Assembly (NCBI GenBank): GCA_964016885.1
Contig: OZ024743.1
Coordinates: 120,342,001 to 120,406,000 of the forward strand
Length of the DNA: 64,000 nucleotides
DNA from: Eledone cirrhosa
Taxonomy: Eukaryota
Reading direction: 5' to 3'
The notes beneath the pieces were generated by a model that was not told the DNA's origin, did not search any database, and saw only the letters and a list, made by a program, of their open reading frames with translations. Shown in pieces: positions 26,914 through 40,700 of this stretch. Each line of letters opens with the position of its first letter. Positions within the stretch are counted from its first letter, which is position 1. The position numbers and the translations under genes were made by a program.

Positions 26914-29575
26914 AAGAGACAGAGATATATATAGGAGAGAAGGTGAGATGTATAGTGGGAGAGAGAGAAGATTTTGATGAAGAGATTATGAATACTAGGT
27001 GGAGTTATATTGAAAAAGTTAAATGTACGTTGGATATGGGAGATACTTATATCTTGAGACTTCTGCAGTAAAACTTAAAAAAAATATTTGATTCCAGCAC
27101 TAGATTTAGATATTGATTATGATACGAAAATTACAATATCAAGAAAATGGAGTACTGTATTAGCAGGAATATTTGCGTATGCTATTTATTTACATTATAT
27201 AACTAAAATATGTGTATTTTCCTATTATTTGTGTTATTTTGATTTATGTACTAGTAAACTGAACCATCAATCGTTAGTAAAGTTGTAATTCTAGACAAAT
27301 ATTCAATAATATATTATTTTTAGTATGTAATTTCTGTAGATTTTCTATTAAAAACAGGGTTAGTAAAAGTACTTTACTAGCAGGGTATAACTAAAATTAT
27401 AAGCTCTTACATCCCCATATCTGAGAGTTAGAGACTATAAATATTACCATGTTACACTTGAAACTCTTACAGTCTCATATCAGAGATTTAGAGACTATAA
27501 ATACTATAGACAGGGTCAAAAGTTTCCAATTCCATTTCCCCCTATATTGTGGGTGAGCTGAACTCAGCACTACATACCAACAAATATTCATCAGTTTTAC
27601 AGTGGTATTACTGGATACTGTAAGAAATTATTTAAATTTATCTTATGTACATACAAGTAGCTGGTGTCGTCCATCGAGTGCTAAGCTTTAATTTTATTGA
27701 TTCCGAAATATATGATATCAGAGTTATAGTTAGTTTTAAGGTAAAGAAACAGTTAGCCATGTATCGAAAGTTGTTGAAGGATGGATTCATCAGAAAACAT
27801 AGAAGGCAAGCAAGCAATGTGTCACAGAACAGTATTCACTTGGTTTGCAAAAGTCAGATCAAACATAAAGAGCATAATGATAAATGGTACAAGCAAATGA
27901 ATAATACAATAAATGTCCATGTCAGTTACCATTGACAGAGAAACTGTATTTCATTTGCCAGTTGTTTAAATTAATAAATAACTAAACCATTCCATTTGTT
28001 GTTTATTAAAGGGTTTTCATAGCTATAGAATTCATCACTATTAATGAAGACAATGTTCTCTTTTATTCATGAGAGAACATTAATCGATCCACCATAACCA
28101 TGTTCCCACTTGAAATGAAAATATTTGCATAGTTTAATTCTATCTTGGGAATTATGTTTTAAAACAGTTGTCTTTCGGTATCGATCTGAATGTCAAGGCA
28201 GAAACAAATATCTTCATTTCACTATAAACATTATGACATGGCTAAACTTTTACAGAGAAAAAACTAATAGCCGTAGAAGTGATAACAAGATAAAGTGCCT
28301 TTAACTTGACATTGATTAATGTCTAGTGTAAGCTTCGACCTAATTACAATATAAATCTTTGACAGTTATGCGGAAAGGTAGAAATGGAAGGCCTTAGAAA
28401 GGTAGAAATAAAATGCATAACATAAACAAGTAAAATAGTTATAAGTAGCATGAATTAACGGTGCCATATTCATAAAAGGAATTCTGGCAGAATTTCGCAT
28501 ATATTGGTTTTAAATAAGTAGCACTTGTTGATCTAATCAAAAATATAAACCGAAAATTATATCCTAATCATCTAATTTTTTCTTTAGATCTCACAAATAA
28601 GCTATGTTAGTGAAGTGAAATGATTAGAATCGGAAATTTAACAGCAGACATGTTTGATTCACAGCAAGAGTTTGCCTCTACTCTAATATTGATAGTTTCG
28701 CTTACATAGCGCCAAATAGTATTTTATGATAGAAAATTATGACACGCATGCGATTTCATATAAAAGAGGAGTGAAAGGTTACAAGATATAACGTCACATA
28801 AATGTAAAAACTTATAAATAAATAAGAATGAAGAACACGCACACGAAACACACAAACACACTGACATACACACACATGCATACATCCTAGATATGCCAGC
28901 CAAGTAATTGACGAGCAAGTCAATTTGACGAAATTTAAGAGTTCTATTTTTTCAAAACTTTTTATGGTTAAGGTTTTTTTTTAGCTTTAAATTTGACATA
29001 TCTTAAAAACTTTTATAGTGTGATAAATTAGGAACATTTTCTTATTTTTATAAGTTCTCAATACCATTCTGTGTTGAAATAGTGAACACTAGCGGTACAT
29101 TCAACATCATGAAGATCGCGGTGAACTGGATATGAACAATAAATACACCGGTTCATGGGTAATGGAAGAAGGAAATAAATATAGAAATTATTTATACCAG
29201 TGCAAACCTGCATAGAGAGGTTACTGTCTCTCTTTCAAAATAGCACCACCATCCACAATTCAACGTTCAACAACATTTCAAACGTACAGTTATGGCCAAT
29301 TTCAGCATATCTAATCAGTTTACAAACCATTCAGCAATAATTTCTATTTCTTTCGAAATAATTGTTTTTCTTTCCTATTGCTCCTGTGGTCTGGTTAAAT
29401 AATGTTTTCTTTATTCCGCGAGAATTGTTTTTCGCTTGCCATTTTCAATTCTATAGTTTATTAAATTTATAATTCTGTATGAATCCTTGATTTGGTTTTA
29501 AATGTATCTTCTTTTTACTAACGTGTTTGTTTCTAGAAAATTTACCCGGTGATATATTAATTAGATCTGGAAATT

Positions 29576-30737
29576 AATTGTTTCTACGTTAGGCACAAGG
29601 CCAGCAATTACCCAGTGCATTACTGGTACTTTATTTTATCGACCCCGTAAGGATGAAAGGCAAAGTTAACCTCGGCGGGATTTGAACTCAGAATGGCAAG
29701 GGCTGTAACTCTATACGTCAAAGCATGGCGTCCGACCCTCTACCGATACTGCCAATCCACCGCCTGAAATTAATATCATGTAGATGTACAATCTTCTTCA
29801 TTTGTAATAATTAACAATCTTGCTATTAGCTTCCAAACAAATTTGCATTTAAAGATTTGGAATGTTTTTATTGTGTTGCCATAAGGGTGCTTGATTGTCA
29901 GAATCAGTAGGGCGTCGGACAACATGCCTTGCGGCATAGAGTTATGGCCCTTTACGCTCTGAGTTCAAATCCAGCCAAGGTTAGCTTTGCATTTCATCCT
30001 TACGAGATCTATAAAATAAAGTACCAGTAACGCACTGGGTCGATTTAATCGACTTCACCCTCCCCCAAATTGTTGACTTTGTGCGCAAATCAGTAACCTT
30101 TATTAGAATTGCCATTAGGGCGGTGGATTGGCAGAATCGGTAGAGCGTCGGACAACATGCTTTGCGACATATAGTTACGGTCCTTTACATTCTGAGTTCA
30201 AATCCCGCCGAGGTTAGCTTTGCCTGACTTCGTTACAGGGTCGATAAAATACAGTACCAGTAACACACTGGAGTCGATTTAATCTACTTTCCTTTTCCAT
30301 TCGAATTGCTGACTTTATGCTAAATGTAGAAACTATTAAAAATTGTTTCTACTTTTTACACTAGGCCAGCAATTATTTCAGTGCATTACTGGTACTTTAT
30401 TTTATCGACTCCGTAAGGATGAAGGATGAAAGGCAAAGTTAACCCCGGTGGGATTTGAACTCAGATCGTAAAGGGCCGTAGCTCTATGCTGCAAAGCATA
30501 TTAATGTTGCTATAAAAGGGCAGTGAAATGGCAGTAAGGGTAGAGCGTCGGACTCATGTTTTGCGGCATATAGTTACGGAGAATTGGTGGAATCATTTGG
30601 TCCGGCTTTTACGGTCTGTGTTTAAATACCACCGAGGTCAACTTTGTCTTTTATCCTTCCAAGGATACTAGGGTCGATATAATCAACGTTCTCCTCCCCA
30701 AATTGCTAGTCTTGTGTCAAAAGTAGAAATAATTATT
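29576..30737. mobile_element. Cluster of five SINE copies: 29576-29765 (-), 29885-30100 (+), 30117-30337 (+), 30341-30500 (-), 30517-30737 (+)
   Basis: Each has a B-box-like (GAGTTCAAATCC) segment and/or the TTTCATCCTTACGGGGTCGATAAAATAAAGTACCAG domain. Confidence 0.85.
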
Positions 30738-31418
30738 AGTTTTGCTATGAAAGAAGATTGGATAGAAATCCAGACAGTATTATATTTTACCGTGTTCGAA
30801 ATTATCTTTAATCTTTCTGTGGTTCATAAAATTAGGTTTGTTAGGTTGCGGTTCGCAATATATTGATCGCATTATGTTAACGAATGACGTGACATTTGTA
30901 TAGCAGCATAGTTTAGAAGATTATGATTAAATACTACAATTTTAGGGCACATTATAATGGAGTAGTAGTTATATTTTTTATTGTTCCATATATTATTCTG
31001 AATGTCATAATATAGTTAGTTACGTGTGTATAGAAAATTAAAGCACTAGCCGTGTTATTATGGAGAAGAAAAAAAATCTTAATACAACTTATAGCTTATA
31101 TTCAGATAGTTTTAAGCTTATATTAAGATTGTTTTGAGCATAAGTATATATATCGTGAGTATAAAGTGAGCTTAGGAACATGGAGTATAAACCTATTTTG
31201 TGGTTACCAGTTGATGTTTGAATGCATATAAACCCTCTTTATCTACTTGTAAGATAGAAACAGACCGAACACTTGAGATCACAGCAGAAGAATGAACCCG
31301 AAAAATTCCTGAAAGGAGAAACATAAAATTCATTATTAGCCTTGAAAGACTATATATCACTATATGAACATCTAATCAGTAAGACCAAAGCAGAAGTGAG
31401 TGCAATATTGCTGTCATT

Positions 31419-31605
31419 GTGGAATGGCAGTATCGGTAGAGGGTAGGACGCCATGCTTTGACACATAGAGTTACAGCCCTTGCCATTCTGAGTTCAAATC
31501 CCGCCGAGGTTAACTTTGCCTTTCATCCTTACGGGGTCGATAAAATAAAGTACCAGTAATACACTGTAACAATTGCTGGCCTTGTGCCAAAAGTAGAAAC
31601 AATTA
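31419..31605 (+). mobile_element. tRNA-derived SINE, well preserved
   Basis: GTGGAATGGCAGTATCGGTAGAG...GAGTTCAAATCCCGCCGAGG...GGCCTTGTGCCAAAAGTAGAAACAATT. Confidence 0.9.
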
Positions 31606-33354
31606 TATCTAGCATAATAGTTAAGTTGTATAAAACCGTTAAAAATAAAGCTTTAGCTCATATGAAGAGGTGTATAGTGTAATAATCAAGGAATACTTAA
31701 TATTTTATTTCGGTTTAATTCTAAAGCGTTGAAGTTAGATGGAAAAGCAAAGAGCCAGATAAATTTCAAACACACTCAGTTCCACTTCCAGATCACTTCA
31801 CGATTTCAGTTCATGTGGAGCTGATAAATGAGTGATAGTAAAATAACGGAATTGAAGCATTCGTCTTTACTTCCTCTCTTTACGCAATAAACCTTGTGCT
31901 TTAGAAAGAAATCAATATCGAAGTTCATCATGAGTGAGTAGCTTGAATTTATTTTAAGGAAGAAGAGGAGCTAAACTTAATCATAGTAAGAGGAACTAAA
32001 TTGTTTGCAAAACGTTTAATTACTTCAATCAATGATATTAAAATTACCTTTAAGATTGTTATATTTAACCATAAATTTCTCAAGACCTTTATTAGAAATG
32101 TTAGGATTACCGCCAATAACAGTGTATTAACATCATATGGTAGGCGGAATTTGATGGATTAAAATCAATATCATTAAAAAACCTAAACGAGAGTAAAGCA
32201 AAAGTTTACGATTGGAAGCACATATCTTTTTTTAAAGAGAATATTTAGAACATTCCCAACGTTTTACTATTTGTCACAAAGGTTTATATTATTCTGATGC
32301 TGCAACAATTCTTTTTGGGATGCTATAGATAGAACCTAGATATATTTTGTTTTAACGAGAAAAATTTAGAAATTGTTGTTTTGTGATTTTCTATGTATAT
32401 TGCAAAGTCTACATTGTGTGACGTATATAGGAAGTTAATGATAGAACGTTTGATCTGGGTGTTTAGAACAGCTTTCATGTTTAAAACACATATTATTACT
32501 TCAGTATTCACCGTTTGTTCGTGATTTTAGTTTAATCAAGCGTTTTTCGTTGTGTGATATTTTCATTGATATTGCGAATATAAACTCAAATTTTCAAGTG
32601 TTACTATTTTGTTAACTTAACCAAATTATAAGAAAAAAAAAAAAAAAAAGAAACGAACACAGTACTCAAGTTCTTCCACCTCACACATTGCAGTCGATTA
32701 TTTCACCCTCTACCCCAAAAAATCTTTACCAGCTTTTGGGAATTCTTTTTCTCTTCGCTTTTCAGTCATGATGACTCCCTAAGCTGTACTTCAGCAAAGA
32801 AACCCTTCATCATTCTATTCGTTTTCTATCTACCCTCCCAATGCACACTCACACTTAGATTTCTCCAAATCTTACAGTTTTTATTCTACTAGGCTCACCA
32901 TAATGTATACATACATGCTGAGTATAAAAGCATCTCCAGTCAATACACTTCAACACTAACTCCTAATATGGTTAAATTTCTATTTTGCGTCATCATTAAT
33001 AACCATATTCTCCAACGCCTTGCGTCAATTTCCTTCTTTAAAAGCCACCACTCCGGCTTCTGGAAACTTGCTTTCATATGTGATTCACCAGTGTGTCCTC
33101 GTCTCCGTGGAACTTAGTGAAAACTGAATTGCTGCATTTGATCGTGTTTAAATCAATACTGTAATACCAAATGTCATATTGAAAAGGAAACATAGGTCTG
33201 TTGAATAGAGTTCATTGATCATCTAAACACTAATTAACGCACCATCAACATGAGCAACACATGGAAACCGGAACAATTGATATATGAAACGTTATCAAAT
33301 AATTATAGTAGCTCTTCAAAGGATATAGAGCTCTCTAACAATTTGAATATAAAG

Positions 33355-33400
<46 letters not shown>

Positions 33401-33409
33401 CATCTCCCC

Positions 33410-33442
<33 letters not shown>

Positions 33443-33483
33443 ATAATAATTAATAATAATAATAATGATAATAATAATAATAA

Positions 33484-36400
33484 GAAGAAGAAAACGCACA
33501 TGGTGGATATATATCGTTATGGAATCGCTTCCGTAAGTTTTTGAATTTTACTTATTTAAAACAACTGTGATAGAATAATTCTTATTACAAATGAAATATA
33601 AGATTACAGTTTTGACTCTCAGCAAGCGACAACGCATCACATTACGACATTGGGCCCCAATATTTAATATTTAATTTTGGATCAGAAATATTATAGTCGA
33701 AAAAGAGAAAAATGGCTAAGTCGACAGACAGGCAAATAATTTCACCACCAACACCACCACCGCCACCATCACCACTACCACCCCAAAAACTCTAGTCAAG
33801 TTACTTCAACTTCTATTTCTACTTCAACTTCAACACCATCACTACAGTACTACGATCACATCATCACCATCACTGCCTCATTATCGCTACCGCCGCTATT
33901 CTCTCCCACTACCTCCTGCTAAGTACTACTAGCACATCGCCACCACTGCCTCATTATCGCTACCACCGCTATTCTCTCCCACTACCTCCTGCTAAGACAG
34001 ACATCGTAGTATTCCCACTAAATGAGGAAGGCATCAAAAGATATAAATAGACTGATTTGATGACCCGGTCAAAAAATCAAAAAATCAAAAAATCAAAAAT
34101 CAAAATCAAAACAGCACAGCAGAAAAGAAAAAAGAAAAGAAAAACAAACAGACAGACAAACAAACAAAAAACTAAGTCAGACATTCAAACATTACATTAC
34201 AATGAAACTTATGCTTATTTTTTGGGGTTTTTACCTATTTGTTTGTTTGTTTATTTATGTTCGTCTACAGCGTGATAGTGCCACGCTAAAATCACCGGGG
34301 ATGATGAAATCACCGGTGGTTATGTAATCATACATTCATCAATCCTCGATAAGAGTGTTTAAATGTCGAACCTAAACAGTTCGAATAACGGTGAAGTGGA
34401 GACTGGAATGTCATGTGACAGACTCTCACCCAGCAGGTGCTCCCTGGCTCAGCAGCAGGGACCTGGCTGAGAACCAAATACTGCTGGTGTCGGAGGAAGA
34501 AGAAGAAGGAAAGGGACCAGAACCAACTGGACGAAAGAATTGAATAGAACTGTTATGTAATGTTACCTGAAGAGTAACCCCAAGGAAAAAGGCTATAGGA
34601 AACGGATGCATAACATCCGGAACGAGATTGGTCTATTTAAATTAGATAAACAAAAATTGGCCGGGCAGGCTCGGGTAATAAGAACTAATGGGTGGATAAG
34701 CGAGCTGGAACTGGAGCAACTGTGCAGAGAGATTCGGTTGGAAATGGAGAGTGGAGTCTGCCAGGAAAACGAGCCAGTGGGAAATGAAGGTGAAGAGGTT
34801 GAGAGAACGAGGGAACCATCCGAAGCAGACAATGATCTGAATGCTGAAATAAATAATACCTGGAACAAAGATACGGCCATTGAGGAGATGAATGCTGACG
34901 GGCTAGGACAATATTTAGTTGATATCCTAAACTTAGTGGTAGATGAAATGAACAATGATAGTGGGAAACCTATGAACCTAAGATTTGTAGACAGGAAAAA
35001 GTTAAAAGAAACAGCAGCTAAGGTAAACAAAGTAATCCCATACCTTGAGGCGAGGAGCCTTCACCAGTGCAACAATATCCTCAAAGCAACAGCAAATGCG
35101 GTGAGGAAATTACTTGGCATAAAAGCGAGAGGAAACAACAAACAAGAAAACCTGGTGGAAGAAACGGCTGAATGGTCAAATCAGGGAAATGAGAAATGAC
35201 ATTGGAAAGCTTGAATCCCTACTGAATGGGACACTAAAAAACATAGACAGTAAAAATAGACTGGAAATAAAGTACAAAACTAGGAGGAAAAAGCTAAATA
35301 TTATCATAGAGGAACTGAAGCAACGCATTGTAGCAAAGAGTGCAAAAATTAGGCGATACGAGAGCAGAGTCAGTCAGTATAGACAGAACCGCATGTTTGA
35401 CAACAACCAGAAGATATTGTTTGGACAGCTTGAAGGGAAAGAAAGAGGCAACGACTTGATCCGTGAGGCGGAACAAACTAAAACATTCTGGAGAGGAATA
35501 TGGGAGCAGGATGTTAGACATAATGACCAGGCAGTGTGGATTGAGACAGTACAAAAGGAGATAGTGAACAGGCACACCAACAAACTGATTAGAGTATTAC
35601 AGTTGAAACTCTTAAGGGGCAGGACAAAAAACTAACCAACTGGAAATCACCAGGCCCAGATGGTATGCAGGGGTATTGGATTAAAAACGTAACATCCCTC
35701 CACCCGAAACTGACAACCATGTTCAATGACTGCTTGATGTCAGGTGAGGTACCAGAGTGGTTGACAAAAGGTACCACAGTTCTGGTAATGAAAGACCGAA
35801 TCAAGGGTAATGATGTTACCAACTATAGATCTATCACATGTCTGTCCGTAATGTGGAAACTGTTGACAAACATTGTGTCTGAGGAAATCTACCATCACCT
35901 CCACACAAACAACTTGTTACCGGACGAACAGAAAGGATGCCGAAAGAAGTCCCGTGGTACAAAAGACCAGTTACTTATTGATAAGATGGTAATGAGGAAT
36001 TGCAAGAGGAGAAACACTGGTCTTGCCATGGGATGGATAGACTACAAAAAGGCATTTGACATGGTGCCTCATTCTTGGATCACCAAAAGCCTAGAGATTT
36101 TCAAGGTAGCAGATAACATCAGACAGTTGTTGAGCAAAAGTATAAAGTCCTGGAAAACAGAGTTAAAATCGGCTGGAGAATTCTTGGGAGGCGTGAAGAT
36201 CAAGAGAGGTATCTTCCAGGGAGATAGTCTGTCCCCTCTGTTGTTTGTCCTTGCCCTGATGCCCCTGACCATTATACTGCGAAAAGTGAGAGCAGGATAC
36301 AAGTTGGGAAAGGGAGAGGTTACCATCAATCACCTCCTCTTCATGGACGATCTTAAGCTCTTCGGGAAGAGTGAGAAGGAGTTGGATGTGCTTGTTGACT

Positions 36401-37475
36401 AGGAAGCTATTGACTATCTACAACATGTTCCACAAGAGGAGTGATGTCGATAGACTCTACTTAAGGAGATCTGAAGGTGGAAGAGGTCTTATCAGCATAG
36501 AGGACTGTGTTCAGATGGAGAAAAACAACCTACACAAATACGTGACTGATAGTAAGGAGCCAATGCTCAGAATTGTACTGAAGGAGAGGACAATAGACCA
36601 GGGGATGTCCAAGGAGGAAATAACAACAAGGAGAAAGAGCAGGCTTCATGAAAAGTCCGTTCATAGTACCTTCTTTGAGAAAACTGAATTCAGAAATCCA
36701 CAGACATGGAACTGGTTGAAAAGAGGAGACCTTAAAAAGGCTACAGAAGGAATGCTAATGGCTGCGCAAGAGCAGGCTCTCAAAACGAAGTGGCTGAAAC
36801 ACCATATTTGCAAGGAGGAGGCTAGCCCACTGTGCAAGATCTGTGGAGAGAGGAGACTGTGGGCTCACATTGTATCCGAGTGTAAACACCTAGCCCAGAC
36901 TCACTATAAAGGCTGGAGACATGATGTGATGGGCAGGGTGATCCACTGGCACCTATGCAAAGTAAACAATTTACCACATTCTGAGAAGTGGTATGAGCAT
37001 AAGCCAGAGTCGGTGATAGAAAACGATCAGGTGAAGGTGCTGTGGGATTTTAGGATACAGACGGACAAGAAACTGGAACACAATAGACCTGACCTGGTGG
37101 TTTTGGACAAGGAAAAAAGATCGTGCCTGATTGTGGATGTGGCCTGCCCATTCGACACGAGAGTGCAAGAGAAGGAGAGGGAGAAAATTAACCGATACCA
37201 GGACTTAAAGTGGGGGGTAAAAAGGATTTGGAACTGCCATGAAGTTAAAGTAGTCCCGATTGTCATAGGCGCACTAGGTACTATCTCAAAGAGTTTCCAG
37301 GGATGGTTAAAGAAAATTGGCCCCGCCCCGATTTTTGGAACACTTCCAAAAGGCATGCTTGCTGGGAACAGCAAGAACCCTCCGATACGTCCTGAATATC
37401 TGAGGCTGCAGGTAGCGGCTTGATATTCATTTCAACAAACTTCCAGTTAAATAACATCAATGACTGAGACTCAAA

Positions 37476-37476
<1 letters not shown>
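33484..37476 (+). mobile_element. R4/Dong-clade RLE non-LTR retrotransposon, copy A (disrupted)
   Basis: RT motifs DYKKAFD, QGDSLSP, FMDD; CCHC remnant; RHD; RPDLVVLD..DVACPFD..KINRY. Likely ATG at 34363, in-frame stop at about 34558, frameshifts, and a 374-bp deletion at about 36398. (AAT)n at 33441-33483 and 37477-37527. The 5' boundary is inferred. Confidence 0.9.
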
Positions 37477-37529
<53 letters not shown>

Positions 37530-37789
37530 TTTCTTTATTAACCACAAGGGTTTACATAAAGTAGACATTAAGGACAGTGCAGGACAATGCAGGACGGTAC
37601 AAATGGGCATTTCTGCGTGTAAAAAAACAAAAACAGAGGATGTAACAAAAATAACAATGAAAATAACAATGAAAAATTCCCCAATAGGGGGGAGACTTCG
37701 GAGGGACATTTGTGGAGAAAGCCCAGTAAAAAGCCACAATGACCCTGACCACCAAGGCAAGTGCCCTCTCCCAGTTTTCCACCTTTAGT

Positions 37790-40700
37790 TTACAGATATA
37801 TACTCAGAGTCGGCCCATTCACTCGGGCCATTCTTGCTTCTCTCACCCATCTTTCAACAAAATGCTGGGAAGAGAGCACTTCCTTCTCTACTCTGATTTT
37901 CCTTTTCAAATGAAATTTGAAAAAGTCAATCAGAGCATCACCGAAGAGGTAAGTGCTCGTCTTCAGCCCTTTCAAACGTGTCCACCATACTATCTCTTTC
38001 GCCATGGCCACCAGACAGATAAAAACTGCCTGCCCTTCCCGGCTAAAGGAGGAGGGCGGGGCAATCCTCACGATAGACTCAGATGATAGCTGGATCCGTC
38101 CCAAACGCGACAGCAGGTGTTCGACATAAACCCACAAGTCAGCAATTTTCGGACACTGGACGAGTGCGTGCAGGACGGTTTCGTCGCCCTGCGCGCATCT
38201 CGGACATGCCCGGCTGACGGCACCTCCATGCCTGTAGAGTTTATCCCGAACTGGCAAGGCTCCTCGGTAGCACTGCCAGGCCAGAGATTTCTGGAAGTTG
38301 TCCATAGGCCCTGGCCCGAAAGTTCTTCCGAAGAGATTGGCTAGTTGATTTTCGTCGACGCCTAGAGTTTCCCCAAGTACGTCGTCGCTCTTCCCCTCCA
38401 CTAATCCTCTATAGAACGCCGAGGTGGAGTTTCCACCGATCACATTGCCCGATTGGTCGAGGGCTGTGAGCGCCTGAAGACATTCCAGTCTCCAGGCGCT
38501 CCCTCTCGGTCTTCGCTTGACCCAGGACTGCAGCTCCGTCAAGGAAACGAGCTGGGGAAAAACGCGTCTAGCAAACGGCGACCACACCTGATCACCGTCG
38601 AGGAAGAGGTGGAGATGTCGTAGCCTGAGCGCGTGCCTGCGCATCATCAGCCACGGCATGCCCAGCCCTCCACGTAGCGGGTGTTGACAACAGATGGACC
38701 GCCTGACCATCGGAGCACGTCCCTTCCACAAAAAGCGAAAGAGCAAACGCTCCAGCGCAGTCAGGCGAGGCTTAGGACAAGGTACGACGGTTAGGCGGTA
38801 GCAGATGACAGACGCGATGTACGCGTTAGCCACCTCCGCTCGACCTTTCAGGGATAGCTTCCTCTCCGCCCATTTCTGGGTGAGAGAAGCCACCCTGCTC
38901 GTTACCTCGTCCCAGTTTTTGTCCGTCTGGAGGTCCGGACCGAACCAGACCCCTAGCAATTTAACCGGTCCGTCCGTCCAGCGCCCGACGACGCTGTTGG
39001 ACGGCATGGACCTGCCTCTCCAGGTGCCGAGCTGCAGGCCCACTGACTTTTCCTGGTTGATCATTGCTCCTGTCACCGCTTCGTATTCTCTTAGTGTAGT
39101 GCCGATCGCCTCGATGTGTTTGGCGTTCGACACCACTACGGTGACATCGTCCGCATATGCTGACACGGATCTTCCGCATCCTAGTTCGCGCGGGACTCCC
39201 CTCAACGTCTCCAGTTTGTGCAGTAATGGCTCGAGAGTCAATACGTACAAGAGGGACGAGAGGGGACATCCTTGGCGGACCGAGCGCATGATGTTGAACG
39301 GTTCCGACAGGTGACCGTTCACTCTCACCACAGAGCAGATGTCGCTGTGCATGGCAGCGATCCAGCCTCTGAAGACGGGCCCAAAGCCAGCCGCCCTCAG
39401 GACTGCCGCTAGGTAACGATGGTCGACCCTATCGAAAGCTTTCGACTGATCTAAATTGATCAAGGACCCACCCGTGCCAGGTTCCCTAGCTACCCTCTCT
39501 ACGATGTATCGCATGAGGTGGAGGTTGTCGTGGATGGATCTGTCGGGAATGGCGCATGTCTGCGCCTCTCCCACCAGACCACCAACGACAAGCGCCAACC
39601 TCTTTGCTAGCACCTTGGCCAAAATCTTAAACTCTGTGTTTAGCAGAGTTATGGGCCGGAAATTGTCTATGTTATCCCCCTTGTTCGGATCCTTTCTCAG
39701 CAGTGCCACCGCTCCTCGGCTCACAGAACTGGGAATTCTCCCGTTCTGTTGCCAGTTGCAGTAGACGTCCGCCAAGAGGCCTCCGAACAAGTCTGGCATC
39801 TGTACGTAAAGTTCATAGGGCAGACCATCCAAACCAGGCGATTTACCCCTTGTGCAGCCAGTCATTGCCTCCCGTACTTCAGCGGCTGTTATCGGCTTTT
39901 CGCAACACTTCGCCTCAGTGGCCGAGAGCCGCGGCAGTCCGTCGAGGTAGACACTAAAGTCCATCCCTCTACCCGGCCCCCCGCTGCCCCCGAACAGCTG
40001 AGCGAAGTGTCGCTGAAAAGCTTCACACATTTGCCCGGGATCGAGTAGCATGCGCCCGTCGTGGTCCACCAAAGACCGGATCGTGGCTTTGTTGCCACGA
40101 CGCGCCTCCGCCACTCGGGCCCATTGAACGGCTTTCGTCCCCTCGTGTCTGAGAGCACGCACCCTAGCTCTGACAACGCAGCCTTCGTGCTTTGCATTGA
40201 AGAATTGGTCAAGGGCCAATTTCGCCGCAAGCACGTCGGTCGCAATGCCTTTGCTAAGCGCCTCGTCTAATTTTCTAACTAGTTCTCCCTCTGCTCTATT
40301 TTTCTCTATTGCTAAAGCCTTACTAAACCTAATCGATTCTATTCTAATCGCTCTTTTCAGAGCAAACCACCACTTGTTGTTGACGATGGCCCCCGTCAAC
40401 GCCCGCTTAACTAGTTCGCTAATCCGGTCTCTGTAGGCCTTGCGCGCTGGTAAGGACGCGTTTTGCTTCCAGTAGCCGGGTCCTCGTCTATGAAGCCTAT
40501 CTAAGTCAAGCACACAGATCACGAATTTGTGGTCCGTGTAGCTGACTATCTTGAATTGTGGACAGCCTATGCTAGACCTATCTATTTCCCTACAAAATAC
40601 TCTATCTAGATATGATCTGGATGACCCTATGCGGTTTGTCCAAGTCCACATTGGCACATTCGGGAAATCCAATCGGTACCTGTCAGACAGTTCAAAACGC

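Noticed and set aside
27600-28120. Possible small host exons or the 96-aa ORF at 27645-27935
   Set aside because: Splice-like signals are weak and occur on both strands, and the translation has no motif.
29066-29215. Possible minus-strand host exon (ctctatgcag acceptor, open frame VCTGINNFY..., gtattg donor)
   Set aside because: No recognisable homology or partner exons. RNA-seq would be needed.
30117-30215. tRNA gene
   Set aside because: The A/B boxes belong to SINE heads that continue into the SINE body, and no cloverleaf is evident.
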